The position numbers and the translations under genes were made by a program. Of a stretch of 61,449 bases of DNA, positions 28,023 through 36,249 are shown one piece after another (position 1 is the stretch's first letter; each line of letters begins with the position of its first letter). The notes under the pieces are model-generated. The model had not been told where the DNA came from, searched no databases, and worked only from the letters and a program-made list of their open reading frames with translations. The stretch comes from Actinomycetota bacterium. GTDB lineage: Bacteria; Actinomycetota; UBA4738; HRBIN12. The stretch covers positions 1 to 61,449 of the forward strand of contig DASTBT010000052.1 of the NCBI GenBank assembly GCA_035711865.1. The letters run 5' to 3'.

Positions 28023-28451
28023 CTACCTCCTGGGATCGAGCGCACCGGTCTGGTACGCGTCGGCGAAGCCCTGCGTGTAGCTCTCGTACGTCTGGCGATC
28101 CCAGACCTCCATGCGATCACGCACGCCGAGCACCACGACTTCCTTGTCGATGCCGACGGCCTCGCGCACTCGCTGCGGGATCGTCACCCGCCCCTGCCCG
28201 TCGAGCTTCGCTTCCTCGGAGGAGCCGAAGAACAGGCGCGAGTATGCCCGGCCGTCCGCGTCGGAAAGGGGTGAAGACGCGACCTCGTCGGAGCGCCGCT
28301 CCCACTCGGCCCTGGGGAAGACGTAGAGGCAGCGGTCCTGTCCCACGGTGATCCAGCAGCCGTCGACGAACGCGGCCCGGAACTTCGCCGGGAGCGAGAC
28401 CCTGCCCTTCGGGTCGAGCTGGTAGCTGTGCGTGCCGAGCAGTTCGGCCAC
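28023..28451 (-). CDS. mraZ: Transcriptional regulator MraZ
   Basis: GTG at 28451 (VAELLGTHSYQLDPKGR...) with GGGGAGGAGG immediately upstream; the ORF-track start is 28472. Two SpoVT/AbrB-like halves: LDPKGRVSLPAKFR and LDGQGRVTIPQRVRE. Confidence 0.93.
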   Translation of the reverse strand: MAELLGTHSYQLDPKGRVSLPAKFRAAFVDGCWITVGQDRCLYVFPRAEWERRSDEVASSPLSDADGRAYSRLFFGSSEEAKLDGQGRVTIPQRVREAVGIDKEVVVLGVRDRMEVWDRQTYESYTQGFADAYQTGALDPRR

Positions 28452-28468
28452 GCCTCCTCCCCTTTCCT

Positions 28469-28512
28469 CCACTGAGCCACACGTTTATGCCACCAACCCT
28501 CCACCACGTCAA
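28469..28512 (-). promoter_or_regulatory. Candidate mraZ (Pmra) promoter with overlapping GTGG direct repeats (possible MraZ operator)
   Basis: Reading the minus strand: TTGACG (28512-28507), 17 nt, CATAAA (28489-28484). GTGG-containing repeats appear as plus-strand CCAC at 28501-28507, 28490-28494, 28477-28480 and 28469-28472, spaced 8-13 bp. They overlap the -35, the spacer and the +1 region. Confidence 0.4.
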
Positions 28513-28627
28513 CGTGAACATGTGTTCGACGCCCGGGTCTCCCGGGTCACGACGGCGTCGAAGGGATGGCAGGGTCGTTGAGCCGCACCGGATCGGCACG
28601 GCGGCTCGGGGCGGGTGCCGGTCGGGT

Positions 28628-29110
28628 CTAGATCAGGAAGGATTCCCAGCCCGGCTCGAGATGGCCGAGCGTGAGGTGGAAGCCGTCACGCGGCGCATAG
28701 GGCTGGCGTCGCAGTCGGAAGCCGGCCTCGGCGGGCGTGCGGTCCTCCTTCTTCGCGTTGCACCGGCGGCAGGCCGCGACGACATTCTCCCATGCGTGTA
28801 TGCCCCCTCGGGACCGTGGCAGGACGTGATCGAGGTTCTCGGCCGTGGACCCGCAGTACTGACAGGCCCACTCGTCGCGAGCGAAGACCGCCCTGCGGGT
28901 GAGGGGCGCGTGCGGCCGGTAGGGCACGCGGACGTATCGCCGCAGGCGCACGACCGAGGGCGCCTCGAGCACGAGATGCTCCGAGTGGAAGATCATGCCG
29001 TTGGAGAGCACCACCTCGGCCTTCTCCTTCAGCACGAGCACCACTGCACGGCGCGCCGGCACGACCGCCAGCGGCAGGTCGGTCGCGTTGAGGACGAGCG
29101 CACGTCCCAT
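28628..29110 (-). CDS. HNH endonuclease (McrA-like)
   Basis: ATG at 29110 (MGRALVLNATDLPL...) inside ORF 28628..29155. HNH/zinc motif CQYCG...NLDHVLPRSRGG...NVVAACRRCNAKK. Confidence 0.85.
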   Translation of the reverse strand: MGRALVLNATDLPLAVVPARRAVVLVLKEKAEVVLSNGMIFHSEHLVLEAPSVVRLRRYVRVPYRPHAPLTRRAVFARDEWACQYCGSTAENLDHVLPRSRGGIHAWENVVAACRRCNAKKEDRTPAEAGFRLRRQPYAPRDGFHLTLGHLEPGWESFLI

Positions 29111-29395
29111 GGCGGCAAGTCTACCGGCGGCTCGCCGCGCAGGAGGTCTCGACACGCAGAATCACAACGGTGTAATCTCTCGAGCGGCGGCCGGGCCGCA
29201 CGCGATGCCTGGAGTTGCGAAGGGGCCGCGCGGGGCGTCCGCGGATCCCGGCCCGGTCGCCGACACCCATCGCCGTCGATCGCGGCCTCCCTCCCGGTCG
29301 CGGAGGCGCGGGACGGACCTCTGTCTTCCACGGCATCTGGCGTACCATGACCGGGTTGCCCCTGTCGGAGCCGCGCGGCGAGTCGGAGGTGTTGT

Positions 29396-30373
29396 TTGGA
29401 GGTCGAGGAACGCTCCCAAGATTGGACGCGGTTCGCCGCTCGCTTCCACGAGATCGAGGCGAACGTCGAGCGGGTCGTGCGCGGCAAACACGCCGAGATC
29501 CGACTCGCACTCGTCGCGCTGATCGGCGAAGGGCATCTGTTGATCGAGGACGTGCCCGGCGTCGGCAAGACGATGCTCGCCAAGTCGATCGCTCGGTCGA
29601 TCGACTGTTCGTTCCGGCGCATCCAGTTCACGCCGGATCTGTTGCCCACCGACGTGACCGGCGTGAACGTGTTCAACCAGGAACAGCGCGACTTCGAGTT
29701 CAAGCCGGGTGCGATCTTCGCGAACATCGTGCTGGGCGATGAGATCAATCGCGCGTCGCCGAAGACCCAGTCGGCGCTGCTGGAGTGCATGGAGGAGCGT
29801 CAGGTCACGATCGACACCGAGACCCATCCGCTCGGAACCCCGTTCATGGTCATCGCGACGCAGAACCCGATCGAACACGAGGGAACGTATCCGCTGCCCG
29901 AGGCACAGCTCGACCGGTTCATGATGCGCTTGTCGATCGGGTATCCGAGCGCCGACATCGAGGCGCAGATCCTCGACAGCCACACCACCGAAGCGCGCCC
30001 GCTCGAGGAGATCTCGGCGGTGAACGACGCCCCGGGCGTCGCCGAGATGATCGATCAAGCACGGCGGGTGCACGTGGCGCCCGCGCTCCGCCGCTACATC
30101 GTCGACATCGTCGAGGCCACCCGGCGTCACGGCGACGTCTACCTGGGCGCGAGCCCGCGGGCGTCGCTGATGATCCTTCGAGCGGCGCGGGCCTTCGCGG
30201 CGGCCGACGAACGCGACTTCGTGATCCCCGACGACGTCAAGGCGCTGGCCGTGCCGGCGTTGGCGCACCGCATCATCGTGACGGCCGATGCCGTGATGAC
30301 GGGTCGATCCACAGACGTGGTGCTCGAGGAGATCCTCGACGAGGTGGCGGTCCCGGTGGCGGAGAACCCCTGA
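29396..30373 (+). CDS. moxR: MoxR-family AAA+ ATPase
   Basis: 325-aa ORF; TTG start with GGAGG 6 nt upstream. Walker A EDVPGVGKT and Walker B VLGDEINRASPKTQSALLE, followed by ATQNPIEHEGTYPLPEAQLDRF. Confidence 0.95.
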   Translation: MEVEERSQDWTRFAARFHEIEANVERVVRGKHAEIRLALVALIGEGHLLIEDVPGVGKTMLAKSIARSIDCSFRRIQFTPDLLPTDVTGVNVFNQEQRDFEFKPGAIFANIVLGDEINRASPKTQSALLECMEERQVTIDTETHPLGTPFMVIATQNPIEHEGTYPLPEAQLDRFMMRLSIGYPSADIEAQILDSHTTEARPLEEISAVNDAPGVAEMIDQARRVHVAPALRRYIVDIVEATRRHGDVYLGASPRASLMILRAARAFAAADERDFVIPDDVKALAVPALAHRIIVTADAVMTGRSTDVVLEEILDEVAVPVAENP

Positions 30374-31602
30374 TGCCGTCGGGCCGGGGGCTCGTCGTCT
30401 TCGGTGCCGGCTTGGCGATGTGGGTCGCGGCGCGGATCGTGGGCTCCTCGGGCATCGAGGTCGTCGGCATCGGCCTCGTGGCGCTACCGTTCCTCTCCGG
30501 GGCGTTCGTGCGGTGGGGGCGAACGAGACTCCGCATCCGACGCCGGCTCTCCGACGTCCGCGTGCCGCCGGGAACCAGGGTGACGGTGCAGCTCGAGATC
30601 GAGAACGAGGCTCCTGTTCCCTCGCCGTTCCTGATGCTCGAGGACCGGCTGCCCGCCGACCTCGGCCGGCCCGCCAGGCTCGTGGTCTCGGGTCTGCCTG
30701 CCAGGGACCACGAGCGGGTCGCCTATTCGGTGCTGCCGCAGACGCGCGGGCGTTACCGGCTCGGGCCGCTCTCGGTCGATGTCACCGATCCCTTCGCGCT
30801 CACGCGCCAGCGTCTGGAGTTCGATGAGATCGACGAGCTGCTCGTCACGCCGGAGATCGAGGATCTGTTCGCCGACCCCGACCAGGGGCTCGGACCGAAC
30901 TGGGGGGCCGCGCGGGCCCGGCAGCTGTTCCGCACCGGCGAGGAGTACTACACGATGCGGCAGTACCAGGTCGGCGACGACCTGCGCCGCATCCACTGGC
31001 CATCGGTCGCTCGCACCGGCGACCTGATGATCCGGCAGGACGAGTCGTCCAAGCGCGCCACGGGACTCGTCTTCCTCGACAATCGAGGACATACGTTGGG
31101 GCATTCCCGTTCACCGGCGTTCGAGCGAGCCGTGTCGGTGGCGGCCACGCTCGGAGTGCAGCTCGCGCGGAGGGGATTCGGGCTCCGCCTCGGCACGACG
31201 GAAGCGCCGCCCGCGGGCGTCAGCGAGGAACGGCTCCTCGACGCCCTCGCGGGCATCACACACGCCTCGGCACGTTCGGTCGGCCCGTCGCTGGCGCACC
31301 TACGGACCGGCGCCTCGGCCGAGACCTCCCTCGTGTACGTGGCCGCGCCGCCCGCGCCCGGGGAACTCCCCTCGTTGATCCGCGCCGGGGCCGGGTTCGG
31401 CCCGAAGCTCGTGGTCCTCGTGCACCCGGTCGATCCGCCGAGCCTCCCGCCCGGACGCGCCGCCCAGCTCGAGGGTCGTGCGACCCAGGCGACGCTGGCG
31501 TTCGCCCGCGCCGGATGGGACTGCATCGTCTTGACCCCCTCGACGACGTTGAAGGAACGATGGCACGCACCCAGGGAACGTCCGCTCGCACGCAGCGTCT
31601 GA
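30373..31602 (+). CDS. DUF58 domain protein (MoxR-associated, vWA-like)
   Basis: ATG at 30373 shares 1 nt with the moxR stop (TGATG); 409 aa. Two N-terminal TM helices. Signature block MRQYQVGDDLRRIHWPSVARTGDLMIRQ. Confidence 0.88.
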   Translation: MPSGRGLVVFGAGLAMWVAARIVGSSGIEVVGIGLVALPFLSGAFVRWGRTRLRIRRRLSDVRVPPGTRVTVQLEIENEAPVPSPFLMLEDRLPADLGRPARLVVSGLPARDHERVAYSVLPQTRGRYRLGPLSVDVTDPFALTRQRLEFDEIDELLVTPEIEDLFADPDQGLGPNWGAARARQLFRTGEEYYTMRQYQVGDDLRRIHWPSVARTGDLMIRQDESSKRATGLVFLDNRGHTLGHSRSPAFERAVSVAATLGVQLARRGFGLRLGTTEAPPAGVSEERLLDALAGITHASARSVGPSLAHLRTGASAETSLVYVAAPPAPGELPSLIRAGAGFGPKLVVLVHPVDPPSLPPGRAAQLEGRATQATLAFARAGWDCIVLTPSTTLKERWHAPRERPLARSV

Positions 31603-33854
31603 CCGCCGGCGTGGCGACCGCGCTCGTCGCCGCGGCGTCGGCGCTCGCCCTCGGGCGGGTCTTCGAGGGCAACGGCCCGACCCTCCGCCTGCTCCTCGCG
31701 GGCGTGATCTCCGCCGTGATCGCCACCCTGCTGGAGCGCCGGAGCCTCGTGCTCGCCTCGATCGCGAGCCTTATCGGCTTCTCGATCGCGATCGGGCTGC
31801 TCGTCTTCCCCGACACGACATGGTTCGGGCTCCCGACGGCCGAGACGCTCCGGGCAGCGCTCGATGCAGCAGCCCGCGTGGGCGACCAAGCGAGGGTGCA
31901 GGTCGCGCCGGCCCCGCCCCTGCGGCCGTTGATGCTGGCGGGCGTGGCAGGGGTGTGGGCCGCGGTCTTCGCTGCGCATTCCCTGGCGTTTCGGGCCGGC
32001 AGCCCGCTGCTCGCGTTGATGCCGCCCATCGCCCTGGTCGGGTTCGCCGACTCCGTGCTCGAGGACGTGATCAGGCCGATCTTCGGGTTGCTGTTCCTAG
32101 CCGCCGCCGCCGCCATGCTGTTCGCGGACGGACTCCGGCGCGTGCAGGGCTGGGGTCCAGTCTGGACCGGCCCCGGCCGGGCCGCCCGGCTCGACGTCGC
32201 GGCAGGGCGGGGCGCGAGGCGTGTCGCCGCGGGGGCCGTCATGGTCGCCGCGTTGGCCCCGATCGTCGTTCCGGGCTTCGGATCGCAAGGGGTGATCGAC
32301 TTCTCGACCCCGGGCGACGACCGGCTCCGGATCGACCCGCTCGTCTCGGTGCAGAACGGGCTGCAGCGCGACGACCAGGTTCCCTACTTCGAGGTGGAGA
32401 CCGAGGTGGGGCGGTACTGGCGCCTCGTCGCCCTTCCGAACTTCGACGGCCGCGTCTGGAGACCGGATGCCGATCCGCCGGTCGTGCCGGTGGTGCCGGG
32501 AGGACAGCTCGTCTCCTCAGCGCCCGCCGACCGGACCGAGAAGACGACCGAGGTGACGTTCACGACGACCGGTGAGCTCGATCTTCCCTGGCTCCCGATG
32601 CCTCATCCCCCGCTGTCGACCACGGCGCCGATCGACGGCATGCGGTGGGATCCCGAGGGAGGCTCGATCGCCATCGACGAGGGCCTCGGCGAGGGCGTCA
32701 CGTATTCCGTGACCGCCGACGTCGTCCAGCCGACCCCCGACGAGCTGCGTCAGGAACAGCCGACCGCGACCCAGGGCGGTGTCCGGTACACCCTCGTGCC
32801 GCCCGATCTGCCGGAGGAGATCGGGAACGAGGCTGCGCGATGGACGCTCGGCTCGGGCGCGACCATGTACGACAAGATCATCGCGATCCAGGAACGGCTC
32901 ACCGATACCAGCGAGTTCACCTACGACGAAGACGTGCCCGCCTCGTCGAGCGAACGGGCGATGGTGGAGTTCCTGACCGTCACGAAGCGGGGGTTCTGCC
33001 AGCAGTTCGCGGCCACGATGGCCACGATGCTCCGCACACTGAGCATCCCCGCGAGGCTGGCCGTGGGATTCACCCCGGGAGAGATCAAGGGCTCCTCCGA
33101 TCGGTTCGTCGTCACCAACCACAACCTGCACGTGTGGGTCGAGGTGCTGTTCCCGTCCTACGGTTGGGTGCCGTTCGAGCCGACCCCCAACCGCCAGAAC
33201 CTGGTCGCCTATCCCTATCTCGACCCCGACAGCGAGGAGCCCTGCGTGAACGCCGACGGCTCCCCGTGCGCTCCGACCGAGGGACGCGATCCGAGGGGAC
33301 CGGTCTACGACCTGGAGAACCCCTTCGGCCTCACCGCTGCCGAGCGGGAGGGCATCGCCGGGCGTGGCCCGATCCGAGGTCCCGGGGAGCCGCTGTTGAT
33401 CGGCGTCGCGAACGCGGCGCCCGGTCCCGGTCCCCTTTCGGCCCGCAACGCCGGGCTCGCCGGTCTGGTCGCGCTCGTCGTGGGGCTGGCCGTCGTCCCG
33501 CCGGCCAGGGCATGGCGCCGCCGCCGGCGGCTGCGCCGGGCCGCGGGGGTCCCGCGCAGCCTGATCCTGGCCACGTACGACGTGTTCACCGAACGCGCGG
33601 CCGACCTCGGGCACCCGCGGCTGCCCGGCCAGACGCTCGAGGAGTACCGGCGAACCGTGGAAGCCACGGGAACGCTGCGCGACGGCGACCTCGCCCGGCT
33701 GACCCAGGTCACGACCGATGCGGCGTACGCCGCGTGGGATCCCGGCGTGGCGGACGCAGAGGTCGCGACCCGGTCCTCCCGCGCAGTGGTCAAGGAGATG
33801 CGGCGCCAGGCGGGCTGGGTGCAGCGCCTGACCGGCCCCTACCGACGGCCCTGA
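31560..33854 (+). CDS. Transglutaminase-domain membrane protein (TgpA-like)
   Basis: ORF 31515..33854. The ATG at 31560 (MARTQGTSARTQRL...) and the ATG at 31515 are both possible. Multi-TM N-terminus. Cys-His-Asp core GFCQQFAATMATMLR...HVWVEVLF...GWVPFEPT. C-terminal TM plus a DUF4129-like tail. Confidence 0.88.
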   Translation: MARTQGTSARTQRLTAGVATALVAAASALALGRVFEGNGPTLRLLLAGVISAVIATLLERRSLVLASIASLIGFSIAIGLLVFPDTTWFGLPTAETLRAALDAAARVGDQARVQVAPAPPLRPLMLAGVAGVWAAVFAAHSLAFRAGSPLLALMPPIALVGFADSVLEDVIRPIFGLLFLAAAAAMLFADGLRRVQGWGPVWTGPGRAARLDVAAGRGARRVAAGAVMVAALAPIVVPGFGSQGVIDFSTPGDDRLRIDPLVSVQNGLQRDDQVPYFEVETEVGRYWRLVALPNFDGRVWRPDADPPVVPVVPGGQLVSSAPADRTEKTTEVTFTTTGELDLPWLPMPHPPLSTTAPIDGMRWDPEGGSIAIDEGLGEGVTYSVTADVVQPTPDELRQEQPTATQGGVRYTLVPPDLPEEIGNEAARWTLGSGATMYDKIIAIQERLTDTSEFTYDEDVPASSSERAMVEFLTVTKRGFCQQFAATMATMLRTLSIPARLAVGFTPGEIKGSSDRFVVTNHNLHVWVEVLFPSYGWVPFEPTPNRQNLVAYPYLDPDSEEPCVNADGSPCAPTEGRDPRGPVYDLENPFGLTAAEREGIAGRGPIRGPGEPLLIGVANAAPGPGPLSARNAGLAGLVALVVGLAVVPPARAWRRRRRLRRAAGVPRSLILATYDVFTERAADLGHPRLPGQTLEEYRRTVEATGTLRDGDLARLTQVTTDAAYAAWDPGVADAEVATRSSRAVVKEMRRQAGWVQRLTGPYRRP

Positions 33855-33878
33855 CGCGAGGACACGCCCGGCTCGGAA

Positions 33879-34364
33879 CTACCTGGTGCCGGTCACCGTC
33901 TGCGCGGCGGCCTCCCTCAACGCTCGCACGAATCGCTCGCGGTCCTCGCGGAACTGACGCACGTCGGTCTCGACCCCGCTCGCGATGTCGTCGATCGCCA
34001 CGAAGAATGCCATCTGCCCCTCGCGGAGCGCGTCGATGACCTCCCCGTCGCGGCGGCAGATCTTGAAGATGCTCTGGCCGTCGGTGACGAGTTTCACCTC
34101 GGACAGGTGCTTGTCCATGCCCGCCTTGTCGTTGAGGAACTCCCACGACCGACGGACCCGCTGCAGCGACATGCCGCCGTCGAGGAGCGACTTCACGACC
34201 CGAAGGGCGACCAGGTCGCGGAACGCGTAGAGGCGGGGCACCCCGGGACGGCCTCCGGTCCCCTGGACGGATGGTTGCACCAGCCCGATCTGGTCCCAGT
34301 ACCTGAGCTGGCGAGGCGTGCAGCCGGTGAACTTGCAGGCCTGGTGGGTGGTGAATCCCTCCAT
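33879..34364 (-). CDS. MerR-family transcriptional regulator
   Basis: ATG at 34364 (MEGFTTHQACKFTGCTPRQLRYWDQIGLV...) inside ORF 33879..34511; 161 aa. Winged HTH plus an unrelated C-terminal domain. Confidence 0.85.
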   Translation of the reverse strand: MEGFTTHQACKFTGCTPRQLRYWDQIGLVQPSVQGTGGRPGVPRLYAFRDLVALRVVKSLLDGGMSLQRVRRSWEFLNDKAGMDKHLSEVKLVTDGQSIFKICRRDGEVIDALREGQMAFFVAIDDIASGVETDVRQFREDRERFVRALREAAAQTVTGTR

Positions 34365-34567
34365 CCTGTTCGCGTGTCCCCTCGGTCTCGTCCGTCGTCG
34401 ATCTCGCCATCGGCACGGATCGCCGAAGGACGGTTCGGTGCACCGGCCGACGACTTCGCGCCCAGGGGGAAGGGGACACCCGTTGTACAACAGCGCCGGG
34501 GAGGGCGGCAAGCCGTGAGGTCACGATGGTCGCGGAACCATCCGAACGGGCTATGCCGCGGAGCCCG

Positions 34568-34936
34568 CTAGCCGTCGTCGGAGGATGCGGGCGGCCGGAA
34601 CCGTGACGCGAGCCGTCCGATGATGCCCGTGAACGAGCCGCCGTCGGATTGCATCGCGCGGATCTGATCGCGGCCGAGTTGCCCGAGGTACCGGTAGATC
34701 AGCATGGCCGAGCCGATCATCATGATGAACCCGACGGCCGCGATCCAGGCGCTGACCACGAACAGCAGCAGGAGCACGCACCCGAGCACGAACGCGATCG
34801 CGGCGAGGCGGATGCGCCGGGCGAGGTGGGTGTACAGGTCGGTACGGCCCACCTGCTCGACGAGCTTCGGATCGTCCTCGGCGAGCCGGCGCTCGATCTC
34901 GTCGAGGATGCGCTGTTCGTGTTCACTCAGGGGCAT
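34568..34936 (-). CDS. DUF3040 family membrane protein
   Basis: ATG at 34936 with GGAGGAA 5 nt upstream; 122 aa. Typical MPLSEHEQRILDEIERRLAEDDPKL N-terminus followed by two TM helices. Confidence 0.8.
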   Translation of the reverse strand: MPLSEHEQRILDEIERRLAEDDPKLVEQVGRTDLYTHLARRIRLAAIAFVLGCVLLLLFVVSAWIAAVGFIMMIGSAMLIYRYLGQLGRDQIRAMQSDGGSFTGIIGRLASRFRPPASSDDG

Positions 34937-34994
34937 CCGGCTTCCTCCGGCGAGGGCTCCTTCGGTCCGTGGCGGGGTTCCCCCGACCCTCCGA

Positions 34995-36242
34995 TTATAG
35001 GGAGGCTTCCGGACCTGGGAACCCAGGCGCCGGGTCGGGCGGGGAGCGCCGGGTGCGATCGAGCAACGACGCCGGGGTCGCCGCGCCGCGGCCGAAGCGG
35101 TGCTCGATGCGGTCGACGGCCCGTTCGACGTCGCCCCAACGCTCCCCGCGAAGTAAAACGAGCTGCTCCGCACCGGCGGGCACCAACCCGCTTGCCTGCA
35201 CGCCGAGCAGGCGCACCCGGTGCCGTTCCCCCGGCAGGTTCCGGTAGAGCTCGGAGACCGTCTGGTAGAGGTCCGCACCGACGTCGGTCGCATCGGCCAG
35301 GGTCTTCGAACGCGTGAGCGTGGTGAACGTGGCGAGGCGGACCTTCAACGTCGCCGTGCGCGCCTGGTAACCGTCGGCGCGGAGCCTCGATGCGACCCGG
35401 CCCGAGAGCGCGAGCAACTCGCGGAGCAGCGTCTCGTCGTCGTCGAGATCGTGGTCGAAGGTCTCCTCGTGACCGACCGACTTCGGCGCCTCGTAAGGCA
35501 CCACGTCGCGAGCGTCGATGCCGTGGGAGAGCTGCGACAGGTGCCGGGCGTGCTGCTCGCCGAGCAGGCGGGCGAGGATCGGCTCGGGCGTGGCCGCGAG
35601 GTCGCCGATCGTCCGCACGCCCAAGCGCGAGAGCACCTCGCCGGTCTTCTCCCCCACACCCCACAGGCGGCCCACCGGCAACGGCTCGAGGAACGCGAGC
35701 ACGTCGTCGGCGGGCACGACGAGCTCGCCGTTCGGTTTGCAGTGGTCGCTCGCGAGCTTGGCCACGAACTTCGTCGGCGCCACGCCGACCGAGCACGTGA
35801 CCCCCACCTCACGTTCGACCTCGGCCCTGATGCGCGCCGCGATCGCACGTGGGGTCCCGAACAGCATCGACGCCCCGCCCACGTCGAGGAAGGCCTCATC
35901 GAGCGAGATGGGCTCGACGAGAGGGGTGTGAGCGAGCAACACCTCGCGGAAGCGGTTCGAATGAGCTTGGTACGCCTCGAAGTCGGGGGGCAGGAATATG
36001 CCGTCGGGGCAGAGCCTGCGAGCGCGCACGGTCGGCATCGCCGAGCGCACCCCGTATGCACGGGCCTCGTAGGACGCCGAGCTCACGACGCCGCGCCCCC
36101 CGACCCCGCCGACGATCACCGGCTTCCCGGCGAGCGCCGGGTCCTTCAGCGCCTCGACCGAGGCGTAGAACGCGTCGAGGTCGGCGTGAAGGATCGGTTC
36201 GGCTGCTCGTTCGCTCGGCAGTGCCCCCGGTGGATCGGTCAT
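34995..36242 (-). CDS. dinB: DNA polymerase IV (Y-family, catalytic residues intact)
   Basis: 415-aa ORF. Blocks: HADLDAFYASVE, SSASYEARAYGVRSAMP and SLDEAFLDV. Starts 7 nt after the dnaE2 stop. Confidence 0.94.
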   Translation of the reverse strand: MTDPPGALPSERAAEPILHADLDAFYASVEALKDPALAGKPVIVGGVGGRGVVSSASYEARAYGVRSAMPTVRARRLCPDGIFLPPDFEAYQAHSNRFREVLLAHTPLVEPISLDEAFLDVGGASMLFGTPRAIAARIRAEVEREVGVTCSVGVAPTKFVAKLASDHCKPNGELVVPADDVLAFLEPLPVGRLWGVGEKTGEVLSRLGVRTIGDLAATPEPILARLLGEQHARHLSQLSHGIDARDVVPYEAPKSVGHEETFDHDLDDDETLLRELLALSGRVASRLRADGYQARTATLKVRLATFTTLTRSKTLADATDVGADLYQTVSELYRNLPGERHRVRLLGVQASGLVPAGAEQLVLLRGERWGDVERAVDRIEHRFGRGAATPASLLDRTRRSPPDPAPGFPGPEASL

Positions 36243-36249
36243 GTCGTCA

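Noticed and set aside
29396-33854. MoxR-DUF58-transglutaminase as a novel system
   Set aside because: This triad is a widespread, already-catalogued conserved gene neighbourhood in Actinomycetota and other phyla. Its physiological role is still unclear, but nothing about this copy looked atypical.
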